A stretch of DNA of 64,000 nt. It comes from an uncultured bacterium. Lineage in GTDB: Bacteria > Joyebacterota > Joyebacteria > Joyebacterales > Joyebacteraceae. Positions 45,513-55,665 of the stretch are shown piece after piece (position 1 is the stretch's first letter; each line of letters starts with the position of its first letter). Both the position numbers and the translations under genes were made by a program. Under the pieces are notes generated by a model that was not told where the DNA came from, made no database searches, and was given only the letters and a program-made list of their open reading frames with translations. The stretch covers positions 3,141-67,140 of the forward strand of contig CAZFRO010000005.1 of assembly GCA_964521425.1 (NCBI GenBank). Direction: 5' to 3'.

Positions 45513-45905
45513 CTATCTCGTGACCGCATCGATTGCCGGCCGTCCTTCCCCCAGAACCATCACCACGACTTGATTGGGGACACACACGATACTGCTGCCG
45601 GGGGTGCTGACTCTACCCATCCCGACGCAGATGTGTTGCCTGCAGGGGGATGACTCTATCCAGACCTGCCCTGCCTCCACTGTGACGATTGTGTCTCCCT
45701 TGGGTCCCGGGACAACCAGCTCACCGTCCTCCGTGAGGTCAAGCGTCTCCGCAAACCCACCGGCGCCCTCGACGACCACGGAACCGCCTCTTCCCTGCCT
45801 CCCGCCGAGTGGAAGAACGAACAACAGAAGCGCCGCCACCACCATGAGGAGAAGCAGCAGTCTGTCTGCCGGCGTCACGATATGTCGTTCAGTCCCAAGC
45901 CGCAT
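45513..45905 (-). CDS. NusG-domain-II (DUF1312) protein with N-terminal TM anchor
   Basis: TM helix, then a beta-rich domain (VVVEGAGGFAETLDLTEDGELVVPGPKGDTIVTVEAGQVWIESSPCRQHICVGMG). The stop abuts the start of the Gx-transporter gene. Confidence 0.55.
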   Translation of the reverse strand: MRLGTERHIVTPADRLLLLLMVVAALLLFVLPLGGRQGRGGSVVVEGAGGFAETLDLTEDGELVVPGPKGDTIVTVEAGQVWIESSPCRQHICVGMGRVSTPGSSIVCVPNQVVVMVLGEGRPAIDAVTR

Positions 45906-45924
45906 GACTCACGAAGCCCTTCTG

Positions 45925-46959
45925 TCAATCGCACCACACGAAGTCTGTCTCTCTGCCGCAGCTCCCGCACGCCCCATTCGAGACACCGCCAACATCCGTG
46001 GCGTAACCCGTGCGCGAGACAAGCACGTGTCCGCACTTGGGGCAGCATGTGTCCTCCGATGCCGCGCTCCTGTCGGCATTCCCCAGATATATATACTGGA
46101 GCTTCTCTCTGGCGATTCCGTAGGCGCGCTCGAGTGTCTCGATCGGCGTTGCCGGTATCTTCATCTTGTTGGTTGGGAAATACCGCGAGATGTGAAGCGG
46201 AATCGACGGTGAGATGTCGGCGAGGAAACCGACCATCTCACGAAGCTCGTCATCCGAATCGTTGAGACCCGGGATGATGAGATTCGTGACCTCGAGATGA
46301 ACGCGCGTGGCCGCCAGCTGAATCGTCCGTCTGGCAGCCTCGGAGCCGTCGACGTGGCAGTAACGCTTGTAGAAGTCACCGTGCATCGACTTGAGATCAA
46401 CGTTCATCGCGTCGATGACTGGAAGAAGCTCCAGAAGCGGTTCTTCGTTGATGACTCCGTTCGTGACGAGGATGTTCTTGAGCCCCTGCTCGTGTGCGAG
46501 CGCGCCCGTGTCGAGGATGTACTCGAACCAAACGAGTGGCTCGGTATATGTGTATGCGATGCCGAATGAGTCGTTCTTGAGGGCAGCGCGGACCAGTTCC
46601 TCCGGCGAGAGCGGGTCCGTGGCCGCCGGCGCCTGTGAGATCATCCAGTTCTGACAGAACTCGCATCTCAGATTGCAGCCGTTGCAGGCTACGGAGAGCA
46701 CCTGGCGTCCCGGGCAGAAGTGAAAGAGCGGCTTCTTCTCAACCGGGTCCATCGACACGGTCACGCACTGTCCGTAGTTGTCCGCGTAGAGCGTGCCGTC
46801 CCGGTTCACCCTGCCGAGACAGATCCCGTGCCCCTCGTCGGGGATACGACATCTCTGAGGACAGAGTTCGCACTCGACACGCCCTTGGTCGAGCTTCGTC
46901 CAGTACTTCGCCTCAGTCACACGCCGCTCCGGATAACGGACCGGTCTCCCGGCCCTCAC
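45925..46959 (-). CDS. AmmeMemoRadiSam-system-type radical SAM enzyme
   Basis: N-terminal AKYWTKLDQGRVECELCPQRCRIPDEGHGICLGRVNRDGTLY, then the radical SAM cluster motif CNGCNLRCEFCQNW. Pattern and length (344 aa) match the AmmeMemoRadiSam family (TIGR04337-like). Confidence 0.7.
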   Translation of the reverse strand: MRAGRPVRYPERRVTEAKYWTKLDQGRVECELCPQRCRIPDEGHGICLGRVNRDGTLYADNYGQCVTVSMDPVEKKPLFHFCPGRQVLSVACNGCNLRCEFCQNWMISQAPAATDPLSPEELVRAALKNDSFGIAYTYTEPLVWFEYILDTGALAHEQGLKNILVTNGVINEEPLLELLPVIDAMNVDLKSMHGDFYKRYCHVDGSEAARRTIQLAATRVHLEVTNLIIPGLNDSDDELREMVGFLADISPSIPLHISRYFPTNKMKIPATPIETLERAYGIAREKLQYIYLGNADRSAASEDTCCPKCGHVLVSRTGYATDVGGVSNGACGSCGRETDFVWCD

Positions 46960-46973
46960 CTACCTGCTTCGCC

Positions 46974-48014
46974 CTACTCGCTCCGTTCGAATCGTCCTTC
47001 AAGACCCGACGAGATGAGAATCTCTCCGATGTCCTCCCCCCCGGTGACGATGATCGCCTCAAGCCCCTCAGTGCGCTCGACGAACCGCATCCCTCGCCTC
47101 GGGCCCATCACGAACACGGCCGTGGCGAGCGCATCAGCGTCCTCACAGCGCTCGCAGACGACGGTTACGCTCACGGTGCTGCGGGCGGGAAGACCGGTCG
47201 ATGGATCGAGAATGTGATGGTACCTGATGCCGTCCTTGATCATGAATCGCTGGTAGTCGCCCGACGTTGCGACGCTTCCACTTCCCAGACTGAGCACTCC
47301 AAGAAGACCGTCCTGACGCGGGTGCTTGACTCCTACCCTCCAGTTCCCGCCGTCAGGCGGAAGACCCAGCATTCTCACATCCCCCCCGGCATCTATCACG
47401 GCTGCGTCGACACCGGTCGTTCTCAGTATTCTGTACGCCTTATCGACGGCGCGCCCCTTTGCTATCCCGTCCAGATCGATGTGAACGTCGGTAGCGAGCG
47501 TGAGAGCGCCGCTCGTCGGGTGAAGGCGGATTCGGTCGTAGCCAACCGTCGAGAGCGCCCTGCGGATCTCCATATCGGTCGGGAGATCGTTTCCTTCATC
47601 GAATGTCCACAGGTCGATGAGCGGCGCGACGGTGATATCGAACGCCCCGTCCGTCATCCGTGAGATCGCCTGTGACCGCGAGATGATGGTGGAGACATCG
47701 AGGTCTATGTAGAGCTGCTCCTCGCCCGGACTCCGCGAGTTGATCATCCCGACGGCGCTCTCAGGGCTGAACCTGGTAGCCACGGAATCCAGATGCGCCA
47801 TCGCAGCGAATGCCTCGTCGATGGCGCCGCTAAGGATCTCCTCGTCCGGATCGATGGCGGTGATGTTGACGATAGTCCCCATCAGCAATTCGTGTTCGCT
47901 GAGCGTCGTGGGTTCGTTTGCCTTCCTCACGACGAAGATGACCATCAGGACAACAATGAGAACAACCGTAGCGATCTGCCAGACCGTCCGGGTTCGGCTT
48001 GCGTTCACGGGCAC
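46974..48014 (-). CDS. apbE: FAD:protein FMN transferase (flavin transferase ApbE), membrane-anchored
   Basis: Motifs GTIVNITAID, AFDITVAPLIDLW, GIAKGRAVDKA, VIDAGGDVRMLG, SVATSGDYQRF. Confidence 0.85.
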   Translation of the reverse strand: MPVNASRTRTVWQIATVVLIVVLMVIFVVRKANEPTTLSEHELLMGTIVNITAIDPDEEILSGAIDEAFAAMAHLDSVATRFSPESAVGMINSRSPGEEQLYIDLDVSTIISRSQAISRMTDGAFDITVAPLIDLWTFDEGNDLPTDMEIRRALSTVGYDRIRLHPTSGALTLATDVHIDLDGIAKGRAVDKAYRILRTTGVDAAVIDAGGDVRMLGLPPDGGNWRVGVKHPRQDGLLGVLSLGSGSVATSGDYQRFMIKDGIRYHHILDPSTGLPARSTVSVTVVCERCEDADALATAVFVMGPRRGMRFVERTEGLEAIIVTGGEDIGEILISSGLEGRFERSE

Positions 48015-48034
48015 CCCCTGTGGATTGCAGCAGG

Positions 48035-48988
48035 CTAGCTGGTGATGGCGATGAGCGCGGATAGAGCTATCACGGCGCCCAGAATGGCGTGAAGCCGTAT
48101 CGCCGTCATCTGTGCTTCGAGGAGCGACTTCGGATCGTTGTACCTTTTCCAGCAGTCGGCGACAACCGTCCGCACAAGACCGAAGGCCAGGATGGCGACG
48201 AGGGTGAGCGGTATGAGACAGCCTGTGAAGACGGCGGCGAAGAGCGACACGAATATCAGGATCGACAGAGTGACAACCCCGCCACGGGCGGCTGCGCGGG
48301 ACCCCAGTATCACGACGAGCGTTCGTTTGCCCGCCTGTGAGTCGGACTCCACGTCCGGGATCTCATTGACCCAGAGAATGAGCGTTATCGCGAACGAGAT
48401 TGGAAGCGACGCCACTATGACGTGCCACGACATCGTGCCGGTCTGGACGAAGTACGCGCCCGCGACCGGGAGAACTCCGAAGTTGAGCGCAACCGCCAGC
48501 TCACCCAACCCGCGGTAGCCCAGTCTCAATGGTGGAGCCGTGTAACCGTACGCGGTGAGAACGCCGATCACCCCAAGTACGAGAACGAACCAGCCGGGTG
48601 TCACGAGACTGAGATGAATGCCGATTGCGGCGCCCAACCCCAGTGCGATCACGAAACCGCGAAGGAAGTAGCCCTCCGATAACAGGCCGGCCTGGATGAG
48701 ACCGCTTCCCCCATTGAAGGGGCTTCGCGTCAGACCACTCTGATCGGCTCCGCTCTTCGAGTCGAAGTAGTCGTTTGCCATGTTGGCGCCGGCATGCAGA
48801 GCGATCATCGCGATGAGCGTCTCAATGAAGAGAACCCCGCTGAAGGAGAAACCGTTCGGTCTCAGCCAGAAGGGAAGCGTCGCTCCGATGAGGACGGGGA
48901 TGGCCGACGATACGAGAAACGGCGCGCGCAGTGCTCTCATGAAGAGAGCGAACGCACCCGGTGTCTGAGTTTCCGCTGAATTGGCCAT
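48035..48988 (-). CDS. UbiA-family aromatic prenyltransferase (MenA-like, 1,4-dihydroxy-2-naphthoate polyprenyltransferase)
   Basis: 8-9 TM helices. NDYFDSKSGAD Asp-rich motif. MenA-like N-terminus (LFMRALRAPFLVSSAIPVLIG). Confidence 0.7.
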   Translation of the reverse strand: MANSAETQTPGAFALFMRALRAPFLVSSAIPVLIGATLPFWLRPNGFSFSGVLFIETLIAMIALHAGANMANDYFDSKSGADQSGLTRSPFNGGSGLIQAGLLSEGYFLRGFVIALGLGAAIGIHLSLVTPGWFVLVLGVIGVLTAYGYTAPPLRLGYRGLGELAVALNFGVLPVAGAYFVQTGTMSWHVIVASLPISFAITLILWVNEIPDVESDSQAGKRTLVVILGSRAAARGGVVTLSILIFVSLFAAVFTGCLIPLTLVAILAFGLVRTVVADCWKRYNDPKSLLEAQMTAIRLHAILGAVIALSALIAITS

Positions 48989-48992
48989 GTGC

Positions 48993-49997
48993 TTATCTAC
49001 CCCTCTGATGTCCCAGCGCGCCCACCATGGAAATCGACTTGGTGGGACAGACGCTCAGGCAGACCCCGCATCCGATGCACGTGGTACTTGTGACCTCGTG
49101 ACGTTCTCCGGGCTCACCCTCGATAGCTTTGACCGGGCAGACCTCTTTGCACTTCCCGTTGCCATCGCATCCTCTGCCGATGACGGCCTTCGGTCTCGCC
49201 TTCACTTCATCGATGATCGCCTTGGTCGGACAGACCACCGCGCAGACACCGCAGTTCGTGCACTTCGAGTAGTCGATGATGGCGAGGTTCTCGTCCATGT
49301 AGATGGCATCGCTCGGGCACTTCTTCACGCACAACTGACACGCGATGCAGGAGACCTCGCAGACGGCCTTCGCGGCCTTTCCCTTGTCGTGGTTGGAACA
49401 GCGAATGTGGACCCGCATGTCTACCGACACGAGTTCCATGATGTTGACAGGACACGCTTCCACGCACTTCCCGCATCCGGTGCACCGCACGCGGTCGATG
49501 TGCACGATGCCCTCATCGTCGAGTTCAACTGCATCAAAGGGGCAGACGGTCTTGCACGTTCCGAGACTCAGGCAGCCGAACACGCATGCCTTGGGACTAC
49601 CGCTCACGAGCATGGCCGCGCGACAGTCCTCGATGCCGTCATACTTGAGACGCTGGACCGAGTTGGAGACGGCAGCGGAGCAGTGCACGACCGCGACCAT
49701 TGCCACGATCTCGCCTGCTTCGGTGCCGAGGATCTCGGCGACGTTCCCTGCGACCTCGCTCCCACCCGGGGGACACGCCGTGGGAATCTCCCCCGCCTCG
49801 ACGGCGGCCTCGGCGTAGCCCTGACAGCCGGGGAAACCGCACGCTCCGCAGTTCACGCCAGGAAGCGCATCGAGTACCGCGAGCACCTTGGGGTCCCGAT
49901 GAACCGCGAACGCCTTGGATGCGACCGCCAGGATGGCGCCAAAGAGCGCCGCCATTCCCGAGAGAGTCAACATCGATTTGGCTACAACGGACAGCAT
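48993..49997 (-). CDS. rnfB: Rnf complex subunit B with extended polyferredoxin domain
   Basis: N-terminal TM + LPGVNCGACGFPGCQGYAEA motif typical of RnfB, then multiple CxxCxxCxxxCP 4Fe-4S motifs. Confidence 0.85.
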   Translation of the reverse strand: MLSVVAKSMLTLSGMAALFGAILAVASKAFAVHRDPKVLAVLDALPGVNCGACGFPGCQGYAEAAVEAGEIPTACPPGGSEVAGNVAEILGTEAGEIVAMVAVVHCSAAVSNSVQRLKYDGIEDCRAAMLVSGSPKACVFGCLSLGTCKTVCPFDAVELDDEGIVHIDRVRCTGCGKCVEACPVNIMELVSVDMRVHIRCSNHDKGKAAKAVCEVSCIACQLCVKKCPSDAIYMDENLAIIDYSKCTNCGVCAVVCPTKAIIDEVKARPKAVIGRGCDGNGKCKEVCPVKAIEGEPGERHEVTSTTCIGCGVCLSVCPTKSISMVGALGHQRGR

Positions 49998-50019
49998 CCT
50001 ATCCCCTTCAAGAGCATTG

Positions 50020-50628
50020 TCAGATCTTGAGACCCGAGAAGCCCAGGAACGCTATCGCCATGAGACCGGCGACGATGAACGTGATCGGAATCCCTCGCAT
50101 CGACTTGGGAACATCTCCTAGCTGCAACCGCTGGCGGATCGAAGCCATGAGCACGAGCGCCAGGGTGAATCCGACACCGGCCGATAGCCCGTGGACCAGC
50201 GTGTAGATGAAGCTCACGGTCTTCGGGAGGTCGGTTACTATAAACTCGTCAACGTTGACGACGGCCACACCGAGAACCGCGCAGTTCGTCGTGATGAGAG
50301 GGAGGTAGATCCCGAGCGACTTGTGCAGAGCAGGCGAAGTCTTCTCGATGACCATCTCCACAAACTGCACCAGTGTTGCGATGATCAGAATGAATGCGAT
50401 CGTTCGTAAGTACGTGATCACCAGGGGTTCGAGCACGAACACGTAGACGAACCATGTCACGAGCGACGCCATCGTCATCACGAAGATGACGGCCATTCCC
50501 ATGCCGAGCGCCGAGGCCGGATCCTTGGAGACGCCAACGAACGGACAGAGGCCGAGGAATCTGGACAGAACGAAGTTCGAAATGAAGATCGCTCCTATGA
50601 TGATCGCGAACAGCTGGCCAAGATCCAT
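50020..50628 (-). CDS. rnfA: Rnf complex subunit A
   Basis: MDLGQLFAIIIGAIFISNFVLSRFLGLCPFVGVSKD aligns with RnfA/RsxA N-termini. Six TM helices. Start trimmed from the ORF-track 50646. Confidence 0.85.
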   Translation of the reverse strand: MDLGQLFAIIIGAIFISNFVLSRFLGLCPFVGVSKDPASALGMGMAVIFVMTMASLVTWFVYVFVLEPLVITYLRTIAFILIIATLVQFVEMVIEKTSPALHKSLGIYLPLITTNCAVLGVAVVNVDEFIVTDLPKTVSFIYTLVHGLSAGVGFTLALVLMASIRQRLQLGDVPKSMRGIPITFIVAGLMAIAFLGFSGLKI

Positions 50629-50686
50629 CTTGCTCCTACCTCTCACTCCGAAAACGCGGTCAAGCGCCGCCGTTCATCTACTGGCT

Positions 50687-51301
50687 CTAGGAACCGTTCT
50701 CGAGCTTCTTCTTCCGCTTGTCGTCCAGGACATTGAAGTAGCCCATGAGAAGCCCAAGCGTAATGAACGCTCCGGGCGCCAGGATCATAAGCAGAACCGG
50801 CTGGAAGTTGGGTCCGAAGACCATGTAGCCCATGAACTTGCCGTCACCCAGGATCTCGCGTATCGCGCCAAGAAGAACCAGTGCGAACGTGAATCCGAGG
50901 CCCATTCCGATTCCATCCAGGGCCGACAGGAAGATACCGTGCTTCGACGCGTACGCCTCAGCGCGGCCCAGGATGACGCAGTTCACGACGATGAGCGGGA
51001 TGAAGATGCCGAGCGATTTCGACAGCTCCGGCAGATACGCCCCCATCATCAGTTCAACGATAGTAACGAAGCTCGCGATGATAACGATGAAGCACGGGAT
51101 CCTGACCTTTGCCGGGATTACCTTCCTCAGGATCGAGATCACCATGTTCGATCCGACCAGGACGAATGTCGCAGCGGCGCCCATTCCCAGAGCGTTCTCC
51201 ACGGAAGTCGACACGGCCAGGGCCGGACACAGTCCGAGCGCCAGTCGGAACACCGGGTTTTCCTTGTAGAACCCCTTGGTGAATTCCTTGAACAGGCTCA
51301 T
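50687..51301 (-). CDS. rnfE: Rnf complex subunit E
   Basis: NPVFRLALGLCPALAVSTSVENALGMG is the RnfE signature. Polytopic membrane protein. Confidence 0.85.
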   Translation of the reverse strand: MSLFKEFTKGFYKENPVFRLALGLCPALAVSTSVENALGMGAAATFVLVGSNMVISILRKVIPAKVRIPCFIVIIASFVTIVELMMGAYLPELSKSLGIFIPLIVVNCVILGRAEAYASKHGIFLSALDGIGMGLGFTFALVLLGAIREILGDGKFMGYMVFGPNFQPVLLMILAPGAFITLGLLMGYFNVLDDKRKKKLENGS

Positions 51302-52086
51302 CGGCTCACCTCCGGGCTTCCGGCATCATCGTCCGCGGTATCTCCAGCCGCGCCGTCAGCCGAGTCTGGCGTCGCATCCCCCGCCCCATCCGACGTCGCA
51401 TCGTCTGCCGCACCGTCTCCGGCTACCACCGTGCCGCCCGCAGACTCGCACGGCGCCTCATCGCCCTTTATGATCGAGAGAATGAGTTCGTGCCCGCGTC
51501 TGACTGAGTTGGTGACGGCATCGGAGCTGATGGTCGCTCCGGTGATGGCCAGAATCCCCTCTTGCGCCTGGCTCCTGACCACGACGAGTTCTTCAGGGGT
51601 TCGCCCATCGAACTGCACCTGGAACCACGGCCGGACACCCGCCTCATCCCTGGCGTTGCCGGAGAGCACGGCCCACAGTGTGTTCAGTGACGCAACCTCG
51701 AGGACCTTCGCGCCAAGCCCGGGAGTCTCTCTCTGATTCGTTATCTTGATCCCACGGATGGTACCGTCCGAATCGACGCCGACGATGGTCTCTATCGTGC
51801 TGGAGTAACCCTTGCCGTAGGCCTTGAATGAATACCCGACCAACTCCCCATCATCGTACGCGGTGAAGTACTCGAACTTGTGACCATCGAGAACACACTC
51901 GGTCGTCGTCTGCTCGAATGTCGCGTCGGGGCTGGATGACAGCGCTTCGATGCGCGCGTCCGCCTCTGCCTGGCGCTTGTACTCCTCCGTGATGCCGTGC
52001 GTTGCATTGTAGACTACCGAGAGTCCGTAGCTCGCTGCGACCGCGATGATGGTCAGCGTACCAACGAGTTTGAAGAAGTTACCCAC
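51298..52086 (-). CDS. rnfG: Rnf complex subunit G (FMN-binding) with acidic low-complexity C-terminal tail
   Basis: N-terminal TM helix. FMN-binding region ...GYSSTIETIVGVDSDGTIRGIKITNQRETPGLGAKV (flavinylation Thr in the TPGLG context). Asp/Gly/Ala-rich tail. Confidence 0.8.
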   Translation of the reverse strand: MGNFFKLVGTLTIIAVAASYGLSVVYNATHGITEEYKRQAEADARIEALSSSPDATFEQTTTECVLDGHKFEYFTAYDDGELVGYSFKAYGKGYSSTIETIVGVDSDGTIRGIKITNQRETPGLGAKVLEVASLNTLWAVLSGNARDEAGVRPWFQVQFDGRTPEELVVVRSQAQEGILAITGATISSDAVTNSVRRGHELILSIIKGDEAPCESAGGTVVAGDGAADDATSDGAGDATPDSADGAAGDTADDDAGSPEVSR

Positions 52087-53134
52087 TCTGCTTCACCTCC
52101 CCGAATTTCTTCGGTCGCGTACGCCCATCAATGAGCGGAGTCGCGATGTTCATGAGCAGGATGGAATAGCTGACACCCTCCGGGTATCCGCCGATCAACC
52201 TGATGACGGTAGTGAGAACTCCACAGCCCACACCAAACACGAGCATGCCCCGCGGCGTGACAGGCGAGGTCACCATGTCGGTAGCCATGAAGAACGCTCC
52301 CAGAATGAGACCGCCGGAGAGAATGTGGAACAGCGCATTCCCGGTGAAGAGACCGCCCGGGCCGCCGAAGACCGCGGTCAGAACAGCGACCGTCGCAATG
52401 TAGGCGGCGGGGACGCGCCACGAGATGTAGTGTTTGAACATGAGGTACGCGGCGCCGATGAGAAGCAGGAGGGCCGACGTCTCTCCAATGCAGCCACCGA
52501 CGTTTCCGATGAACAGATTCGCGATCGTATCGGATGAGCCAAGCCCTGCGAGGACCTCCCGCGCCTGGACGACCTGGTGAGTTGTCGAGGCGGGATCCGC
52601 GATGATGGCACTCACGCTCTTCATGATCGCGAGCGGAGTGGCCTGCGTCACCACGTCGATGCCCGAAAGCGACATGCCGGAGAGGGTGCCACCCTTGCCG
52701 GGCAACCACATCGTCGTCATGTGAACCGGCCAGGACGCGAGCAGGAATGCGCGGCCGAGAAGCGCAGGATTGAGCGGATTGTACCCGAGCCCGCCGAACA
52801 CCTGCTTGCCTATGGCGATCGCAAAGACCGATCCCACAACCGGGATCCACCACGGCACGCCGGGCGGGATGTTGAACGCCAGGAGTATGCCTGTCACGAG
52901 CGCGCTTCCGTCCGTCACCGCCACAGGCACGCCTCGTAGCTTCTGTATTATCGCTTCCGTAAGGACGGCGGCCGCACACGCAAGGAGCGTAAGGAAGAGC
53001 GCCCTCAGACCATAGAAGTAGACCGATCCGACTATGGCGGGCACCATCGCGATGACGACGCTGTACATCACCTTCCGTACAGAGACATCCTCGCGAATAT
53101 GTGGGGAGGCTGAGACTACCAGGTGCTCCTGCAT
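52079..53134 (-). CDS. rnfD: Rnf complex subunit D
   Basis: Polytopic membrane protein. SPHIREDVSVRKVMYSVVIAMVPAIVGSVYFYG N-terminus is typical of RnfD/NqrB. Confidence 0.85.
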   Translation of the reverse strand: MQEHLVVSASPHIREDVSVRKVMYSVVIAMVPAIVGSVYFYGLRALFLTLLACAAAVLTEAIIQKLRGVPVAVTDGSALVTGILLAFNIPPGVPWWIPVVGSVFAIAIGKQVFGGLGYNPLNPALLGRAFLLASWPVHMTTMWLPGKGGTLSGMSLSGIDVVTQATPLAIMKSVSAIIADPASTTHQVVQAREVLAGLGSSDTIANLFIGNVGGCIGETSALLLLIGAAYLMFKHYISWRVPAAYIATVAVLTAVFGGPGGLFTGNALFHILSGGLILGAFFMATDMVTSPVTPRGMLVFGVGCGVLTTVIRLIGGYPEGVSYSILLMNIATPLIDGRTRPKKFGEVKQSG

Positions 53135-53198
53135 TTGCCCCTATCTCCTTACCCGACCGGTACCGCGAACCCCGTGGTTCGCTTCCGTAGCCGGTGCC

Positions 53199-54443
53199 TT
53201 ACTTCTCTGCCGGCGCCTTCACTGCCGCGCTCTTCTGGGCGGCGAGCAGCTTCCCGTATTTGAAATAGTGAACCAGCTTGCGCTTCGATGGGCAGACGTA
53301 CGAACACGAACCGCACTCGATGCAGTCACCGATCCCCATCTCGACGGCCATCTCGATCCTCTCGTGGATCACGAGCTTCTCGAGCATGACGGGAACGAGC
53401 TTCATCGGACAGACATGGACACAGGCCCCGCACCTCAGGCACGGGTCCGGCTGCCGCTCGTCCACCTCGCTGCGAGAGAGAAAGAGAACTCCAGACATGC
53501 CCTTGACGACAGGGATGTCGGTCGAGAACTGCGTTATCCCCATCATCGGACCACCGGAGATTATCTTGCCGACGTCGGTCGTCATCCCCCCCGCCTGCTC
53601 GATGAGGCTGGACAGGAGCGTGCCAATGCGCGCAAGGAAGTTCGATGGCTTGGCGACCGGCGTCCCCGTGAGAGTCATAACCCGGCGCGTCAGTGGTCGT
53701 CCAAGATGACACGCATCGTAGACGACACAGGCTGTGCCCACGTTCTGAACGACGACACTCACATCCATCGGCAGCCCGCCCGAAGGGACCTGGCGACGCA
53801 AGAGCACATCGATCAGCTGTTTCTCCGCTCCCTGCGGGTACTTCACCTGAACGGCTGTCACGACGATGTTCGCTCCGTCCGGAATCGCAGCCCTAAGTGC
53901 ATTAACGGCGTCCGGCTTGTTCGACTCCACGCCGACGATTCCCCTGTCGGCGCCCACGGCCTTCATGAGAATCTTTAAGCCCTCAAGCACGTCGCCCGGG
54001 CGCTCCAGCATGAGACGATGGTCAGCAGTGAGCCACGGCTCGCACTCGGCCCCATTCAGAATGACAGTGTTGATCGGCTTGGATTCGGGTGGGGAAAGCT
54101 TGACGTGAGTCGGGAACGCGGCCCCGCCGAGCCCGGCGATGCCGGCGTCGAGCGTGATCTTCCGGATTTCGTCCGGTGTCAGAGAATCAACATCGTCACG
54201 GGGTCTGACGCTCTCATGCCACTCGTCCAGTCCGTCGCCCTCGATGACGATGGCAGTGTCCTCGCCCCCACCTGGATGCGGAAACCTGCCTACGGCCGTG
54301 ACCTTGCCTGAGATCGAGGCGTGGACCGGAACGGAGACGAAGCCGCCCGGCTCGCCGATCCTCTGGCCGACCTTGACTTCATCCCCTACCTTGACGCACG
54401 GCTCGGCCGGAGCGCCGAGAGACTGCCTGAGCGGAATCACCAC
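53199..54443 (-). CDS. rnfC: Rnf complex subunit C
   Basis: RnfC N-terminal barrel-sandwich region. NADH-binding region GGAAFPTHVKL...VILNGAECEPWLTADHRLM. Two 4Fe-4S motifs (CLRCGACVHVCP, CIECGSCSYVCP). Confidence 0.85.
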   Translation of the reverse strand: MVIPLRQSLGAPAEPCVKVGDEVKVGQRIGEPGGFVSVPVHASISGKVTAVGRFPHPGGGEDTAIVIEGDGLDEWHESVRPRDDVDSLTPDEIRKITLDAGIAGLGGAAFPTHVKLSPPESKPINTVILNGAECEPWLTADHRLMLERPGDVLEGLKILMKAVGADRGIVGVESNKPDAVNALRAAIPDGANIVVTAVQVKYPQGAEKQLIDVLLRRQVPSGGLPMDVSVVVQNVGTACVVYDACHLGRPLTRRVMTLTGTPVAKPSNFLARIGTLLSSLIEQAGGMTTDVGKIISGGPMMGITQFSTDIPVVKGMSGVLFLSRSEVDERQPDPCLRCGACVHVCPMKLVPVMLEKLVIHERIEMAVEMGIGDCIECGSCSYVCPSKRKLVHYFKYGKLLAAQKSAAVKAPAEK

Positions 54444-54620
54444 GCGCTCAGGAAGAGTTGCCTCGGCTATCTCGACCGACTTGGTCAGCTTCTTCGAAGC
54501 CGGAGGATGAACTCCGCCAGAGAAAGTCCTGAGTCTCAGAATCTCGACTCCTGTGACCTTGAGGTTTGAAGCCGCGCGCCCGGGGGTTGTGCCGAACGCG
54601 CGGTCGTGTCCACCAGCTGC

Positions 54621-55508
54621 TTACTCCACCAACTCTATACGCAGGCTCGACGTAATCCCCATCTCGACGACGTTCGACGCGGCGGCTCCCGCAACAGACG
54701 AGCCCTCACCGACCAGAGTCATCTTCATCTCACCAGATGAGTATACAAGTGACGCATCCTCTATCGACAGGAAGAGGTCACCGTCGACGGTCCCATCACC
54801 CTCCATGAGCCACACCTCACCGGCCTGCTCCGCCCGGCCCTCAAAGCTGAAGTCCGAGTGACGACTGATAACGACACAGTCGATCAGGTTCCTGCTCTTG
54901 AAACCCGTGACGGTGTATGTGGTCTCTCCGCTGAAGTCGCGATCGACGGCGGCTGAGAGGTCGGGGATGTCGTAGTCCGTGGTCCAGCTCACTCCGATAT
55001 CCAGCGCCTTGTCAGTGAGTGGCGGAAAGACATCGTACAGAAGAATGGCCATCTGGCCCGCTCCGGCCTCCAGGTAATCGGAGGAACCGATCCCTGTCCA
55101 GGAGAGGACAGTACCGGTCGGATCGAGCGTGAACTCAAGTTCGTTGCCGCGAAGCTCTGCGACCGACTTGTCGATCTCCGGCCTGTCTCCGACGGTCATG
55201 CTGCCGGTCGCGTTCGTGAAGAGCATCCGCATCGTTATGTCGTCATCCGTCGCTTCGCCGAACGTGCAGGTGGTCGCGATCTCGGCCTGCGTGTAGATGG
55301 TCTGCTCGTATGCCGTGCGCTTGATGCCGGACTGGCTTCCCATCTTGAACTTGTACTTGAGAACGTCTCCCTCATCGAACGAGCGAGAGAGAATGACCGG
55401 GCCATCGACGATGATGTCCACGCCACCGCCGCCGCCACAGCCTGATCCCAGAATGCCGGCCGCCATAACCACAAGCAGTGCCGTGAGAACTGTCTTGCGA
55501 GTCACCAT
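54621..55508 (-). CDS. Hypothetical lipoprotein
   Basis: Lipoprotein signal (MVTRKTVLTALLVVMAAGILGSGC) followed by a Gly-rich linker. No family recognised. Confidence 0.45.
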   Translation of the reverse strand: MVTRKTVLTALLVVMAAGILGSGCGGGGGVDIIVDGPVILSRSFDEGDVLKYKFKMGSQSGIKRTAYEQTIYTQAEIATTCTFGEATDDDITMRMLFTNATGSMTVGDRPEIDKSVAELRGNELEFTLDPTGTVLSWTGIGSSDYLEAGAGQMAILLYDVFPPLTDKALDIGVSWTTDYDIPDLSAAVDRDFSGETTYTVTGFKSRNLIDCVVISRHSDFSFEGRAEQAGEVWLMEGDGTVDGDLFLSIEDASLVYSSGEMKMTLVGEGSSVAGAAASNVVEMGITSSLRIELVE

Positions 55509-55665
55509 TCATCGACCTCCTTCAGCGACATGAGTTGCCGCCCGGAACACTCGCACTGGCGCGAGAATCCGAGCGGCAGAAGTATAGCATGAGGCATGCG
55601 GGCTTCCACAGGTATTTCGGCCCCCGCTCCGGCGAGCTGCGTGCGGCAGCCCCGACCCGGGTGCG

